NCBI GenBank assembly: GCA_001949185.1
Contig: BDGG01000001.1
Coordinates: 859,153 to 923,152, forward strand
DNA length: 64,000 nucleotides
Source of the DNA: Ramazzottius varieornatus
Taxonomy: Eukaryota; Animalia; Tardigrada
Reading direction: 5' to 3'
Position 1 is the stretch's first letter. Each line of letters opens with the position of its first letter. Below the pieces are notes generated by a model that did no database searches, was not told the DNA's origin, and worked only from the letters and a program-made list of their open reading frames with translations. Made by a program: the position numbers and the translations under genes. Shown here one piece after another: positions 61,870-64,000 of this stretch.

Positions 61870-63533
61870 AGCAATACTTGGGCTTCGTAAAAATCAGAGA
61901 TTGGAACACTTTCGTAAAGATCAGAGATTGAAAATGAATTCTGAGAATTTTAGAACATGGAACATCAATGCCAGGATTCGTCGGAGTGGAGAAGGGCTGG
62001 TTTATGTATAGCAGCGAACCATCGCTCACGGGCTTCGCTCGACGTGTGTAGACAGTGAAAAGTATGTCCCAGACTGACATTGGGACATTTCGTTAACCTA
62101 GAGTTCACAAGGTTGTGATGTCAGCTAAAATGTAACACATACGCAAAGAAATACATCCGCTTGGATTGTCAAATGGGCAAACTTACAAGTCTGGATTAAG
62201 AATGATTAGTGAAGATTGAGAGTACCGCTATGGCACGTTCATGGGTGTACAGTTCGAGTACCTCAACGTCATAAACTTAGAAAACCGAAGATAGCTACGT
62301 CAAAGACGGACTCAGGAGGTTCGAGTTTCTAACTACTGTAAAAAGTTTCCGACGTTAGAATAATGTCGTACAGCCTTGCTTGGCGAAGCACCACCTGCTC
62401 AAGGACACTCAGAGACTGCAGATATCGCAGACGGATGACCATCCATTGGTCCGAAACGAAGAATCTGCCAGTTCTCGTCCAGAAACCGCAGCAGGTGTAG
62501 GCGGTGCACTTCGTTCGACAAAGCTGAAGAAGACCAGCGACAGGCTACTTATCGAAAAATGGACGATAGAAATCCAAGCACCAAGCCCGATGTTTCAGTT
62601 TGTCACGTGCGACGAGTTATGATACGGTGAAAGTTCGCCAATAGCGCAGATCGTAGAGGCGAGAACAGCTGTATTCTTCCGTAGTGGCGGAAGACGACTG
62701 GTTTCTGGAGAAATGCAAGCCGTTCAGCGAAATGCATACCAACCGTGCAGCGGAGAACTGTGCTCGTCGCCATGCTCGAGGACTGACCGAAGTAGAAACT
62801 AGGCAGTTGACCAGAAAAGCGTGCAGTGGGTGGTGTGATCTGAGTCTCCTTTGGGCGTACTCACAATTTGCGTAAGGTGCTTGTTGTTTGATCAACCAAC
62901 AACAACTCAAAGACAAGCGTTTTCGAGCTTGCTTCCGACATAATCGGCGGCCACATCAAACCTGAGGTGCTCGAAACTCGTTATCTAAATTCCCAAATTT
63001 CTGGAGGCCTTCTATGCTTTCAGGCCTTCACCAAACTTGGCTCTGGATTACGGTTTATGGACATACGGGACATGTAGTGAAGGTTGAAACTGTTATGAGA
63101 AGCAACAAGAATACGTGGAGAGAATCTAACAAACAACGGTCCGAGTCAGTGTTCATGTTGCACAGGGAGTCATTGCACTAGAGGAAGTCTTTAAACAAGG
63201 AGCATCAGTAGCAAAATTAGTGGCTGGAAGAAAGCCGTGGACGACAGCATCAAAGCTTATTTAGTAATTAGGTAAGGGATGGCTCGCTGATCGACCAGCA
63301 GTGAATCGGTGGTGTAGTCTACTCTACTCCCGATGAATCGGGCGAGCTTTGAACTTGATGATGAGCAGCACAAGCGTCGTGGCCAGAGGATGTGACGTCG
63401 CAGCGAACTCCATCAACTTACCTTTCAGAAAGTGTTGCAGCGCAGCCTGATTACCCGGATCGAATCTACAGCCACACCGATCAGAGTTCAACTGGGCACC
63501 GTACCGAAGTCGAACATGCAGTACCATGTTCTC

Positions 63534-64000
63534 TTATTCATCATCCAGCCACGCTCCCTGCTTGGCGAAGTGGACTGCAGCCGGGTGGACGAAAGGCGCA
63601 TGGGGATGTCTTTGGTATGCCACAACTTGTGCATCCCTCATCGACTTGTCGTCTGCGGCCGAAAGTACGTACGACAGTTTGTCTCTAAATCTGACCCAGG
63701 CCGGTATTTCCACCGAACCCAGTACAAAGACCTCTTCTGAAGTCGTCCCCAGGGTGATGAGTTAGCCCACCGGTAGAGCTAGTTCGCATTGGTAGAGGAT
63801 CGTCTCGAAGCCAGTTCGGCATACTATCGTATACAGGAAGACTCTTGCGCTGACCTCGGTTTTTGCGTAGATAACTTTGTTGATCAGGACGGAACGTCCA
63901 GACGTGGCCTCCTTACGCTGGTAGGCCATCCACATGGTCTGGATCTGTTCCGGCGAGCAGAGAGAAGATCGAGCAACTGGCGTCTTCTCGCGGAACAACA
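63534..64000 (-). pseudogene. Divergent ATP11/ATPAF1-like sequence with an in-frame stop (partial)
   Basis: PEQIQTMWMAY..VFLYTIVCRTGFETILYQ..DAQVVAYQ resembles ATP11 (EEIKQIWQQY..FLCALPRREGYEFFVGQ..EAQCIANQ); TAA at 63762-63764. Confidence 0.45.

Noticed and set aside
62380-63250. Possible transposase fragments
   Set aside because: Too degenerate; no diagnostic motif or termini.

Overview
Intron-rich animal genomic DNA, most likely tardigrade (inferred from an AMNP-family gene, short introns, an ANF-receptor-like gene and tandem aquaglyceroporins). Genes I could splice intact by hand: CSRNP/Axud1, ZC3H15, TFIIA-gamma, TRIP13/Pch2, p23 (PTGES3), an AMNP-family secreted C2-like protein, two aquaglyceroporins, a type-B carboxylesterase, an orphan 4-TM protein, and a bacterial-type NIF3-like gene with an intronless CDS (HGT candidate). 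Six divergent genes carry frameshifts or stops: Sec15-like, ANF-receptor-like, a CAP-Gly/FMR1-KH/RING chimera, 53BP1-like, an intradiol dioxygenase and ATP11-like. Mobile DNA includes an apparently intact 3.0-kb hAT transposon nested in a mariner-like MITE, a hAT MITE, a decayed LINE, an old hAT transposase remnant and several palindromic mini-elements. The two most novel signals are (1) a chimeric gene joining a CAP-Gly domain, FMRP-type KH1-KH2 and a RING finger, and (2) two aquaglyceroporins with a non-canonical pore (ar/R H/Q-L-V-R; SGAVLNPA). I saw no rRNA, tRNA or CRISPR array. All family calls come from manual translation and remembered motifs, not database searches; exon coordinates may be off by a few nt.
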